Source: Ignavibacteriales bacterium (lineage in GTDB: Bacteria > Bacteroidota > Ignavibacteria > Ignavibacteriales > SURF-24). From it: DNA of 64,000 bases. Positions 40,801 to 48,604 of the stretch are shown here, piece after piece. The notes under the pieces are model-generated. The model was not told where the DNA came from and ran no database searches. It was given only the letters and a program-made list of their open reading frames with translations. A program made the translations under genes and the position numbers. The stretch covers positions 40,181 through 104,180 of the forward strand of contig QZKB01000148.1 in the NCBI GenBank assembly GCA_003599415.1, in the 5' to 3' direction. Position 1 is the first letter of the stretch, and each line of letters starts with the position of its first letter.

Positions 40801-41006
40801 TTTGGCCAATGACCAATCTGCGCAGTATTGTCAAATAAAGTTCTTATCTGGTTACCATCCATAACTGTTTCTCTTCTGTAGGAGATATCGCCTTTAGGTT
40901 CATTGCGGTAAAACTGTGTCAGGTTATCTACCTGAGAATAGAAAGCAGGTGGGACAATAAGAAATAAAAATAGAATTAAATATTTTTTTGTCATTTTTTT
41001 CTCCAA
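37833..41006 (-). CDS. Large secreted protein of unknown function with Asp-rich Ca-binding-like repeats, an FN3 domain and a variant (VVPNPY) T9SS CTD; partner of the TonB receptor
   Basis: 1057 aa; signal peptide; GEWPKYSG; DNDEDG/DGIDNDND/DLGLDGV repeats; PPNKPKLTAVPGDGAVYLFWD; DFEGYMVYRS; C-terminal ISVVPNPY...FINLP...IYTMAG...AYGVYIFHV...KFAVIK. Confidence 0.75.
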   Translation of the reverse strand: MEKKMTKKYLILFLFLIVPPAFYSQVDNLTQFYRNEPKGDISYRRETVMDGNQIRTLFDNTAQIGHWPNQPSGEWPKYSGHSYEDGICVLIAAEVTAPGTGQKIHPLETYYREWVDKDPVTGQLWTLTPVPGYFNATYTKPAINTDKQSWPDYWPDKMTDLNDPGWAGKWSGYFGKGITNSDFETFFVMDDSKDKEFQRKPYMYNPIASDTLRGGLGVRVETRGFQWSHVLAENILFQHFDIVNISDNDYSDAAFGFYTDPGVGGTNDSGDDCASFDTRLDIVYAYDGNGKGVPDQWITGLYGYAYLESPGNALDNTDNDEDGLLNETRDDGIDNDNDWLGFSDINSNGKWDGDLNEPLNDDLGLDGVGPLDDGYTGPDQGEGDGIPTSGAYPIATEFPGEPNVDKTDKDESDQIGLTAVSIYRLGDGGVGGGWPKDDEPMWMKMVAGTFDTSLQNSNISIVFASGPFPLQKSKRERFSMAFMFGNNIEDLIFNKETIQEIYNANYNFSKPPNKPKLTAVPGDGAVYLFWDNKAEESIDKFLGYEDNDPTKGYKKDFEGYMVYRSTEAAFNDVKIITDSKGNPKYWKPLAQFDIIDSLKGPDPVGINGAHFWRGNETGLQHSYKDTTVNNGQRYYYAVVSYDMGDPQYGTKGLQPTECTKIITEDFAGNLQFVDINCAVITPNAPSAGYIPPSFVGDPNKVTSGLGTGKLSFEILDPSQIVLGAEYRVVFNSTGTMPNYETSKFSVHRILNGKDSTLISDLDTSNIGANRPTPAFDGMVISVINDTTILPIVDQTNWLTGDSNLDLAVSADATSRGVPWPNDYQIEFFDSPQDTGFISALPQFYVKMPVNFKITNLFTGLKSKFAIRDLDNSNSLTIGDEIQILEFIGAQTVGNSRIAWKISYNGPLDPNATPNIPGAGDKFLLRISKPFYEGDYFSYSISPSATDNNKANQELSKISVVPNPYLGAATWERINLNSTGRGERKISFINLPAKCEVRIYTMAGALVKTLYKDTSPMDGALTWNMVTEDGMDIAYGVYIFHVKAEGIGEHIGKFAVIK

Positions 41007-41017
41007 ATCAATAGTAT

Positions 41018-43738
41018 TTAGAATCCAAATCCAAAACCGATACGGATTTCTCTTGGTGTAGAATACATACTTGGATCCTTTACGTATTGTTCAATTGTAT
41101 TTAAACCGATTACTTCTACCGGACTGAATCTGTAACCCAAATCTGTAGTAGCTCTGCCGGTTGTACTGTAAACGCCGAATTCATTCTTTATATCGAGTAC
41201 GTTATATACAAGCAGGAATGTATTGATATTTATTCCAAGAACATTAAATGTTTTATCGGCACGAAGATCAAGGTTGTAGAATTCGGGTCTTACACCACCG
41301 TTTTCAAACCTAACGCCTTTGGAAACACGTGTGTCTTCTGTGTATGGTGTTCCGCTTCCGTATTGAAAAATTAATCCGATTGTCCAGTCTCCGGGTTCGC
41401 CGACTGTAACAGAAGCATTAAATGTATTTCTCTGATCCCAGTTCAAAGGAACTACAACTTTAGTATCTTCTACAGGAGGATCTGTTTGGTTATTGTTAAA
41501 TACAGTATTCGGATCTGAAGAATTTCCTTCGGCAATCTGGAAAGTATAATCTAACTTGAATCCGAAATAATCTGAAAATCTTTTGTCAACCGTTATAATA
41601 AAACCTCTTACATTTCCGTAATCCCTATTGATATATCTTGCGAATCTTACTGCATCATAAGTTTTAAGTATTTCCATACCAAGCAGGTTTCTAATGTCTC
41701 TGTAATATGCAGTTACATCAAGAGCAAGGTTCGCGAACAAAACCTGTTGTAAACCTATTTCGTATTGTACTGTCTTCTGAGGTTTAAGATCAGGATTACC
41801 AATAATAGAGTTTAACTGGTCCTGTCCTTGCGGAACATAATAATCCGGATTTGTATAAAGATTTTCGAAACTTGGTATCTGGAAGAAATGACCGTATGAG
41901 AACCTGATAATTCCCTGATCTGTAATTGGGAATGATGCACCGAGACGAGGGCTGACCTGGAATTTTTTGGAAGCGTCTTTCAGTATAAAATTTCCGTTAG
42001 CGTCAACACCGGGAAAGTTAATGTTTTTATCCACGTTCTTTAAATCAACAGGTATTTTTGAATTGGGATCAAAATAATCAAAACGGATACCGGCATTAAT
42101 AATCATAATATCGTATTCCATCTTATCCTGAATATAAGCTGCAAACTCCATTGGTTTACGTACATAAAGTATGTTACTGCCAATATCTGTAATTACATTC
42201 AGATTCGGATAACCGGGTACAAATGGAATGTAGCCGGTGCTATCTGCAATACCGACACTTATTAAATCATTGCTGTGGTTATATATCTTATGGAATCTTC
42301 CTTCTGCTCCAATACCAATCTTATGTTCCTTTGATATTTGAGAAGATAACGACCACTGTGCTATATAAGTCTGTGTGTTTCTTTCGTACCTGTTTCCTTC
42401 ATTTCCACCTGACCTGAAAGTATATCCGCTTAATGCGAGTCCCTGCCGTGGATCTACGTAACGTGGATCGAAAGGATCTTCGTACCTGTTCCCCCAGTAT
42501 TTATAAATAGCGGATGAGAATTTTAAAGTTTGGAATGTACTCTGAGAAGGATAATGTGAAATCTGCAGATTATGGATCATATCTGTTCTGTGATGAGCCA
42601 TCTTACCATCGGGTGTCCAGGAATAATAATGATCATAATATTTATTGTAGTTGTCATCCCAGAATAAGCTATAGCTGAATTTTAATGTTGGCAGAACATA
42701 AGTTAATTTTCCGTTAAAGGAGTATTTTCTTGAGGGATCCATCGCAACATATTCACCATCACCGGTTGCAATAGGAATAAATTCTCCGTCAGGAAGCTGA
42801 ATTGGAGCAATATCTGTTATATTGTAAACTCTTTTTCCATACATATGTCCGTCTTCCTGGTAGTAACGGCCGGTAACAAAAAAGAAAAGATTATCAATTG
42901 GTTTTGCCGGTCCGCTGAAACTAAACTGTAAATTTTTTGTGGGTATGCGAAAAACTTTACCGAGATTCTGAAATAAATCCTTATGTGCTGTTACAAAATT
43001 ACCGACGTACCCACTAACTGTTCCTTCAAATTTATGCGAACCGTCTTGTGTTACAATGTTTACAATTCCTGACATTGCCTGGCCGTACTCTGCATTGAAT
43101 GTACCGCTTATAACTTCCATCTGACGGATAGAAGTATTCTCTACCTGCAACACAAAGCTATTATTAAAAGCGTCTGTAACAGAGACTCCATCAACAAGAT
43201 AAGAAACCTCATTACTACGACCTCCCCTAAAGTGACCGTCCATAACACCGGCCTGCAGATTGACAAGCTGTCCAACGCTTTCAACAGGCATCATTTTAAT
43301 TTCACCGGCAGAAATTGTTGCGGATGTAGATGTTAAATCTTTTTGAACCAGCGGGCGCTCTGCCTGAACAACAACTTCCTTTGTTTGTAAGGCAGTTGAG
43401 TTCAAATTAACATCAAGCTTTGTTGTTAAATCAATTTTAATTTCTACGTTTTCCACAATGGTTTTCTGGTATCCTATTGCGGTTATAATAACACGGTACT
43501 CGCCGGGCGGAATATTATTAATATAATAGTAACCCTCCACATCTGCGGCAGCACCCAGGTATGTTCCTTCAATAACAATGTTGGCACCAACAACAGGTTC
43601 TTTGTTTTCATCATAAATCTTACCTGAAAGTTTTCCTGTTGTTCCTGCCTTAAGGATAATTGTTAAAGAAAGAAAGATAAAAAGTAAATATTTAGTCAAT
43701 TGTTGAATTCGTACAGAGGATTTCAACTTTACCTCCAA
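41018..43738 (-). CDS. TonB-dependent receptor with N-terminal CarboxypepD_reg-like domain (non-SusC type)
   Basis: GTTGKLSGKI...GANIVIEGT; EVVVQAER; plug HFRGGRSNEVSYLVDGV and SGTFNAEYG; SPRLG; GNPDLKPQKT; C-terminal PREIRIGFGFGF. Confidence 0.93.
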   Translation of the reverse strand: MEVKLKSSVRIQQLTKYLLFIFLSLTIILKAGTTGKLSGKIYDENKEPVVGANIVIEGTYLGAAADVEGYYYINNIPPGEYRVIITAIGYQKTIVENVEIKIDLTTKLDVNLNSTALQTKEVVVQAERPLVQKDLTSTSATISAGEIKMMPVESVGQLVNLQAGVMDGHFRGGRSNEVSYLVDGVSVTDAFNNSFVLQVENTSIRQMEVISGTFNAEYGQAMSGIVNIVTQDGSHKFEGTVSGYVGNFVTAHKDLFQNLGKVFRIPTKNLQFSFSGPAKPIDNLFFFVTGRYYQEDGHMYGKRVYNITDIAPIQLPDGEFIPIATGDGEYVAMDPSRKYSFNGKLTYVLPTLKFSYSLFWDDNYNKYYDHYYSWTPDGKMAHHRTDMIHNLQISHYPSQSTFQTLKFSSAIYKYWGNRYEDPFDPRYVDPRQGLALSGYTFRSGGNEGNRYERNTQTYIAQWSLSSQISKEHKIGIGAEGRFHKIYNHSNDLISVGIADSTGYIPFVPGYPNLNVITDIGSNILYVRKPMEFAAYIQDKMEYDIMIINAGIRFDYFDPNSKIPVDLKNVDKNINFPGVDANGNFILKDASKKFQVSPRLGASFPITDQGIIRFSYGHFFQIPSFENLYTNPDYYVPQGQDQLNSIIGNPDLKPQKTVQYEIGLQQVLFANLALDVTAYYRDIRNLLGMEILKTYDAVRFARYINRDYGNVRGFIITVDKRFSDYFGFKLDYTFQIAEGNSSDPNTVFNNNQTDPPVEDTKVVVPLNWDQRNTFNASVTVGEPGDWTIGLIFQYGSGTPYTEDTRVSKGVRFENGGVRPEFYNLDLRADKTFNVLGININTFLLVYNVLDIKNEFGVYSTTGRATTDLGYRFSPVEVIGLNTIEQYVKDPSMYSTPREIRIGFGFGF

Positions 43739-43929
43739 ATTTTATTTACACCAAAATCACTAATTAAAATCTATATTCTGGGCAAAGCCCAACTTGTTTT
43801 CAAAATTAAATCAAAGAAAAATATCCATAAGGATAAAACTTTTAAATGACGTACAAAATTATCATTCCTCTCCCATATTTATATTCAGCTCTCACTACAT
43901 TCCTATATGATTGAAAAGAACATTAAAAT

Positions 43930-43965
43930 AAAAAGAGAAGAGACAATCTTTACGATTGCCTCTTC
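43930..43965 (-). terminator. Probable intrinsic terminator/attenuator between the 891-aa gene and the TonB receptor
   Basis: + strand GAAGAGACAATC-TTTAC-GATTGCCTCTTC (43937-43965), followed by TCTTTTT on the minus strand. Confidence 0.6.
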
Positions 43966-43984
43966 AGGAAAGGAGGAGTTCAAA

Positions 43985-46660
43985 TTATTTAATAAGCATC
44001 ATTTTTTTTGAGCTCTGGAAGCCTTCAGTGTTAATCTGGTACATGTAAATACCGCTTGATAAGCCTGAAGCATCAAAGTTTACATTATAAACACCTGAGT
44101 TTTGATTAGCATTTACTAATTCTTTTACTTGTCTTCCAAGTACATCATAAATCTTCAATGTAACAAAGCCAGGTTTCTCAAGTGTGTACCTAATCTGTGT
44201 TGTCGGGTTAAACGGATTAGGATAGTTCTGTGATAATTCGTAAGACAACCTTTTAACGTCTTTATCGTTAACACCTACTGTCCATTGGTCGCCAATCCAG
44301 GTATACGTCCAGCGAGCGGTCGTACTCCATGAATTATCGTCGTTTAACGGAGAATAACAAAGGATTCCTTCTCTATCATTAGGACCCTGAGGGCTGTCAT
44401 TATCGTTAATTGAAAAGTCGATTGGTATTCTCATTCCTCTCTGAGGAACAAACACGTCATCCATAGTTGTTGCACCGGCATTACGTTTTGTAGCAATATC
44501 CTGCCAGGAAACTCTTGCTTCTACAGTATAACCTGTTGGGAATTTTTCACCCCAGAAGTAGTCAGCCGTACCAGGTAATAATAAAGAATCGCTGCTTTGA
44601 CCATCAAAGAATCCTCTATTCTTAGAGAAGCGGAAATGATAATCAGGGGTAGCACCTCTTCTGTAAACACCGTGCGGTTCGCCATGCCAATCATATAAAC
44701 CGATGAAAAGATCCGGGCAATCGCTAAGGTAAGAAGCAATTTCACTTTCCGGTCTAACTGCAATAACATCATCTTCAATATCAAAAGCAACATAGAGGTA
44801 TTGTTGATCTGCTGCTAAATAAGCAATTACCTTTAAGTCAGCATCGCCGTCAATAGCTGTGTTAGGAGCAATAAAACCTGAGCCGTCAGTAACAGACATA
44901 ACAATAGGAGTAATATTAGCCCATTCGGTTAATACGCCATCTGCAACAAATGTAGTTGTCGGAGCATGATCAATATCAATTACAGGAACACCTTTTGCTG
45001 TATTGGTAATAGGTGTTGAAAGAGAAACCGGTAAACCAACATTTCCTACTCTATCTGTAGCATTAACAGCATAATAATAAGAAACAGGCTGATCTGTTAA
45101 AGGTGCTCTTAAAATATGTTCTGCAAGCTGAGTGTTTTCCGGAACGTTTAAGGCAGCAACTTCAACGTCTGCCGCAGTAAGATCTGTGATTGGATTAAAG
45201 CTATAATAAACATCATAAGTTTCTTCTGATTCACTTGGTACATCACTCCAGGTTACTAAGTTTGAATAAGTACCTGCAACTCCAAGTAATCCTTCTGGTG
45301 GATTTGGAGCAGTAACATCGGTTTCTCTATAACCAACAGGTGACATTAAATCAAGTAAAATAGAGCCAGAACAAATTTCACCCTGAACATAAGGAGCATC
45401 TGCTGAACCTGAGAATTCAATTTTCCAGGCGGCAATTTTATCTAGGTTTAATACACCATCACCATAGTTTCCGGAGTTCCATGAAGGTACGGTGAATCCT
45501 TTTGTACTTAGTGTACCAAGGCCAACACCAAGATCTTTCAAAGGAATTTTAATCATCTGCCATTCTGTATTTGCAGTATATAGATCGATTGGAACAGTCA
45601 TCTGCCAGGGTTCGCTAGTTCCGGAACTTTCATCATATAAGAAGAATCTGAAAGTAACACGGTTTGCAGCTCCTGTTGTTGGAGTAACAACTTTATAATA
45701 TAAAAGAAGGTCGGTGTTTGAAGTCAAATCCTGCATGAAAGTACCATCTGCAAAATCATGCTGAATGTTGACATAACCTCCCCAGCTTTGGCTGTTGTTT
45801 ACGGTGAAGTCATATTTCAAAGAGGAATAACCTTCGAATGGGTGGTCTGTAACATCAGTTAAAGTAATTGCTCCTTTTCCTGCATCACCAGCCCATTCCA
45901 TTTGATCAATTGCATTAAAATATCCATTGGTAGCAGTAGAGTCGAAAGTTGTGATTGCGGGATATGCAGTACCAAGAAACTCTAATTTATCAAAAATAAC
46001 GGTACCGGTTGCCTGGCCGTTATCCGCGATACCTGGAGTTTCAAATTCAAAAACGTAACCGACAATTTTATCGAGATCTAATGTACCATTGTTAGTTGTG
46101 CCTGCCCATCCGGGTAATGAAAAACCTTCATTATTAGGACTGCCAGCACCCCTGTCTACAAGAGGAATTATAAGATAATTCCAACCAGGGGCAGCATCAT
46201 AAACTATTGTACCGGCATTAAAATACCAGCTTTCATGGTCTGCATTACTTGCCCAGTAATTTGCGCTTCCACCGGCGTCAAATATTTGCATTCTTAATTC
46301 AACCTGACCCGGTTTACTTGACGGGGTTACGTTATAATACCATAACCTTAAAGCGGCAGCTCCGCTCCAGTCAATATAGGTTGAATCTTCCTGTGGCACA
46401 GTATAATTCATAAAAGAATAACCGCCCCAACTTTCAGTTGAGTGTACAAGCCAGTCAATTTTCAAGGCTCCGGGGCCGTCATAAACGGGATCAGTAATAT
46501 CCGTAAAAATCAGCGAGCCATCACCAGTCTGTGCTCCATCAGCCGGAGCATGAACAAAGAAAGAATCCGCTGTAACGGTATCAAATCCATTTACTATCCA
46601 CTGGGCTTGAACCATTGTTGCGAAGGACAATAGGAAAAGAACTATAGAAAGTTTTTTCAT
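43985..46660 (-). CDS. T9SS-secreted non-catalytic glycan-binding protein (two CBM11/CIA30-like repeats, FN3, CBM9/DOMON-like domain)
   Basis: Two repeats (SWGGY...IPL.D.G...GF..P.W...G.L.LDKI); FN3; ADGVLTEW...YLYVAFDIEDD...GYTVEARVSW...DFSINDND; CTD; strong AGGAG RBS. Confidence 0.7.
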   Translation of the reverse strand: MKKLSIVLFLLSFATMVQAQWIVNGFDTVTADSFFVHAPADGAQTGDGSLIFTDITDPVYDGPGALKIDWLVHSTESWGGYSFMNYTVPQEDSTYIDWSGAAALRLWYYNVTPSSKPGQVELRMQIFDAGGSANYWASNADHESWYFNAGTIVYDAAPGWNYLIIPLVDRGAGSPNNEGFSLPGWAGTTNNGTLDLDKIVGYVFEFETPGIADNGQATGTVIFDKLEFLGTAYPAITTFDSTATNGYFNAIDQMEWAGDAGKGAITLTDVTDHPFEGYSSLKYDFTVNNSQSWGGYVNIQHDFADGTFMQDLTSNTDLLLYYKVVTPTTGAANRVTFRFFLYDESSGTSEPWQMTVPIDLYTANTEWQMIKIPLKDLGVGLGTLSTKGFTVPSWNSGNYGDGVLNLDKIAAWKIEFSGSADAPYVQGEICSGSILLDLMSPVGYRETDVTAPNPPEGLLGVAGTYSNLVTWSDVPSESEETYDVYYSFNPITDLTAADVEVAALNVPENTQLAEHILRAPLTDQPVSYYYAVNATDRVGNVGLPVSLSTPITNTAKGVPVIDIDHAPTTTFVADGVLTEWANITPIVMSVTDGSGFIAPNTAIDGDADLKVIAYLAADQQYLYVAFDIEDDVIAVRPESEIASYLSDCPDLFIGLYDWHGEPHGVYRRGATPDYHFRFSKNRGFFDGQSSDSLLLPGTADYFWGEKFPTGYTVEARVSWQDIATKRNAGATTMDDVFVPQRGMRIPIDFSINDNDSPQGPNDREGILCYSPLNDDNSWSTTARWTYTWIGDQWTVGVNDKDVKRLSYELSQNYPNPFNPTTQIRYTLEKPGFVTLKIYDVLGRQVKELVNANQNSGVYNVNFDASGLSSGIYMYQINTEGFQSSKKMMLIK

Positions 46661-46709
46661 AACTTTTCTCTCCTTTTTTGTTTTGTTTGGTTTTTATTAG
46701 TTAAAGATC

Positions 46710-48335
46710 TTACCATAAACTCCATAGACCGAAAATAACGATAAGAATAAAAACTGAAATTATAATGTTTGTTCTGTATCCGCCTAAAGCACCGGAGTGA
46801 TTAAAATTATAACTGAATTCTCTAATGCTCTCCGGGAATAAATAAGTAATTTTTGTGACTTTCTGTTCTTCCTCGGTTTTTGTTAGTTTGCTTAATGCTA
46901 AAATCAGAACTGATGACAGAACAAAAAGTATTATTGCAAAGTGCAAAAAGTTAATTTCTTTTATTGAGATTAAAATCGGGTTGGTTATCCACTCCATATT
47001 TACAAGCATTTCAAGTATAAATCTTGATACACCAATTACTTCACCTATGATTAAAGTCCAGAAAGCAGCTTTGGCTGTTATTCTCTTGTTTAGCAGACCA
47101 AATAGAAAGACTGCTGTAATTGGCGGGCTAATAAATCCCTGAAGACTCTGCAGGTATATATATACCTGTGATGTAATAAGCTTTACAAGAGGGACGCATA
47201 AAATGGCAACCACAACAATAATTGTTGTAGATAATCTTCCAACAAGAACCAATTCTCTTTCTGATGCACCGGGATGTTTTGGTTTATAAATATCGTTAGT
47301 ATATAAAGCGGCAGTACTGTTAAAAACGCTTGCAAGTGAAGACATTATTGCCGCCAATAATCCTGCAACAACAAACCCTTTTATTCCAACCGGAAGCAGG
47401 TTACTTGCAAGCAGCATCGGGTAAGCATCATCACCACTGATCTCAGGATATAACGACACCGCAATTAAACCTGGTAAAACTAAAATAAATATCGGGAGAA
47501 TTTTTAATGAAGCTGCAAGGAGGGAGCCGCGGCGTGCATCGTTAATACTTTTTGCGTTAAGCATTCTCTGCACAATGTATTGATCGGTACACCAATACCA
47601 GAATGCTATTATCGGTGCTCCAAAAATAATTCCTGTCCATGGGTAATCAGGGTCTGATGCTGCTTTGAACATATTAAAGAAATGATCCGGCAGCTTTTCT
47701 TTTAATCCTGCTATTCCTCCAACTTCATTTAAACCGAATATTGTAAGTATGATTCCGCCTGCAATCATTAATATTGCCTGAACAGTATGTGTTCTAATAA
47801 CAGCGGAGGCGCCGCCGATTACTGAATATAAACCGGTAATCAGAATTAAAATGATAGCTGAAGTGTATATGTTGAATCCAAAAATCTTGTAGAATAATAT
47901 TCCGCCGGCAAATAATGTAACGGATATTTTAGTAAACAGGTAAATAACAATTGATGTGTAAGTAAAGAATTTTCTGCTTCTTGCATCAAATCTTTTCTCT
48001 AAAAATTCAGGCATTGTTATAACACCCGATTTAAAATAAATAGGTGCAAGGAACCAACCAAGAAGAATTAAAATAAAGATTGCCATTAATTCTATTTGGC
48101 CGGCAGCTAATCCTCTTGATGCACCTTCACCGGCAAGACCAATAAAATGTTCACTGGAAATATTTGTGGCAAAAATTGAAAAACCAACCGCAATCCAGCC
48201 CGCATTTCTGCCTGCTAAAAAGAAATCAGTTGAATTCCTGTCCCTCTTACGGGAATAGTTAAATCCGATGCTTAATATTACTATTAAGTAAACGAAGAGT
48301 ATAAGACTGTCTAAAAGAGTAAATCCGTTGAACAC
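46710..48335 (-). CDS. Sodium:solute (SGLT-like) sugar symporter
   Basis: FFLAGR; SIFATNISSEHFIGLAG; TMPEFLEKRF; YWCTDQYIVQR; AAIMSSLASVFNS; GTG start. Confidence 0.93.
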   Translation of the reverse strand: MFNGFTLLDSLILFVYLIVILSIGFNYSRKRDRNSTDFFLAGRNAGWIAVGFSIFATNISSEHFIGLAGEGASRGLAAGQIELMAIFILILLGWFLAPIYFKSGVITMPEFLEKRFDARSRKFFTYTSIVIYLFTKISVTLFAGGILFYKIFGFNIYTSAIILILITGLYSVIGGASAVIRTHTVQAILMIAGGIILTIFGLNEVGGIAGLKEKLPDHFFNMFKAASDPDYPWTGIIFGAPIIAFWYWCTDQYIVQRMLNAKSINDARRGSLLAASLKILPIFILVLPGLIAVSLYPEISGDDAYPMLLASNLLPVGIKGFVVAGLLAAIMSSLASVFNSTAALYTNDIYKPKHPGASERELVLVGRLSTTIIVVVAILCVPLVKLITSQVYIYLQSLQGFISPPITAVFLFGLLNKRITAKAAFWTLIIGEVIGVSRFILEMLVNMEWITNPILISIKEINFLHFAIILFVLSSVLILALSKLTKTEEEQKVTKITYLFPESIREFSYNFNHSGALGGYRTNIIISVFILIVIFGLWSLW

Positions 48336-48367
48336 GCTATTTGGTTATTTTTTTGCGCAATCTAAAC

Positions 48368-48383
48368 TACACAAAAAGTGCCA
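48368..48383 (-). promoter_or_regulatory. Candidate sigma-54 -24/-12 promoter for the SSS-TonB operon
   Basis: Minus strand TGGCACTTTTTGTGTA (GG-N10-GT); about 70 bp from the palindrome pair at 48454. Confidence 0.6.
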
Positions 48384-48453
48384 GCAGAATTACCAACTTA
48401 ATTCTTTATTAGTTCACTGTTTTCAAGGGATAGTTTATTGGAAATGAATTTTA

Positions 48454-48493
48454 CTTATTAAATTGATAAGTAAGTGCTTATTATTTTAATAAG
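48454..48493. promoter_or_regulatory. Tandem 17-bp palindromes, candidate NtrC-type enhancer
   Basis: CTTATTAAATTGATAAG (48454-48470) and CTTATTATTTTAATAAG (48477-48493), 23-bp period. Confidence 0.8.
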
Positions 48494-48548
48494 TGAAAAA
48501 ATAGTGATAATACTATTCTGTTTAATTGCATAAAGGAAGGATATAAAT

Positions 48549-48598
48549 GTAGAACCTTCAGGGTTTCTTGTTGAAATGCGTTGTGTACCCTGAAGGTT
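48549..48598. repeat. GTAG-preceded inverted repeat (REP-like/terminator) downstream of GH2
   Basis: GTAG + AACCTTCAGGGT (48553-48564) ... ACCCTGAAGGTT (48587-48598). Confidence 0.6.
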
Positions 48599-48604
48599 TA
48601 AGAA

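Noticed and set aside
41018-43738. Calling the receptor SusC and its neighbour SusD
   Set aside because: No SusC signature recognised; the neighbour is 1057 aa with a CTD and no lipobox or SusD/TPR motifs.
43801-43861. Two minus-strand TAATTTTG matches upstream of the TonB receptor as an internal promoter
   Set aside because: Expected by chance in AT-rich DNA and no supporting upstream element was identified; left uncalled.
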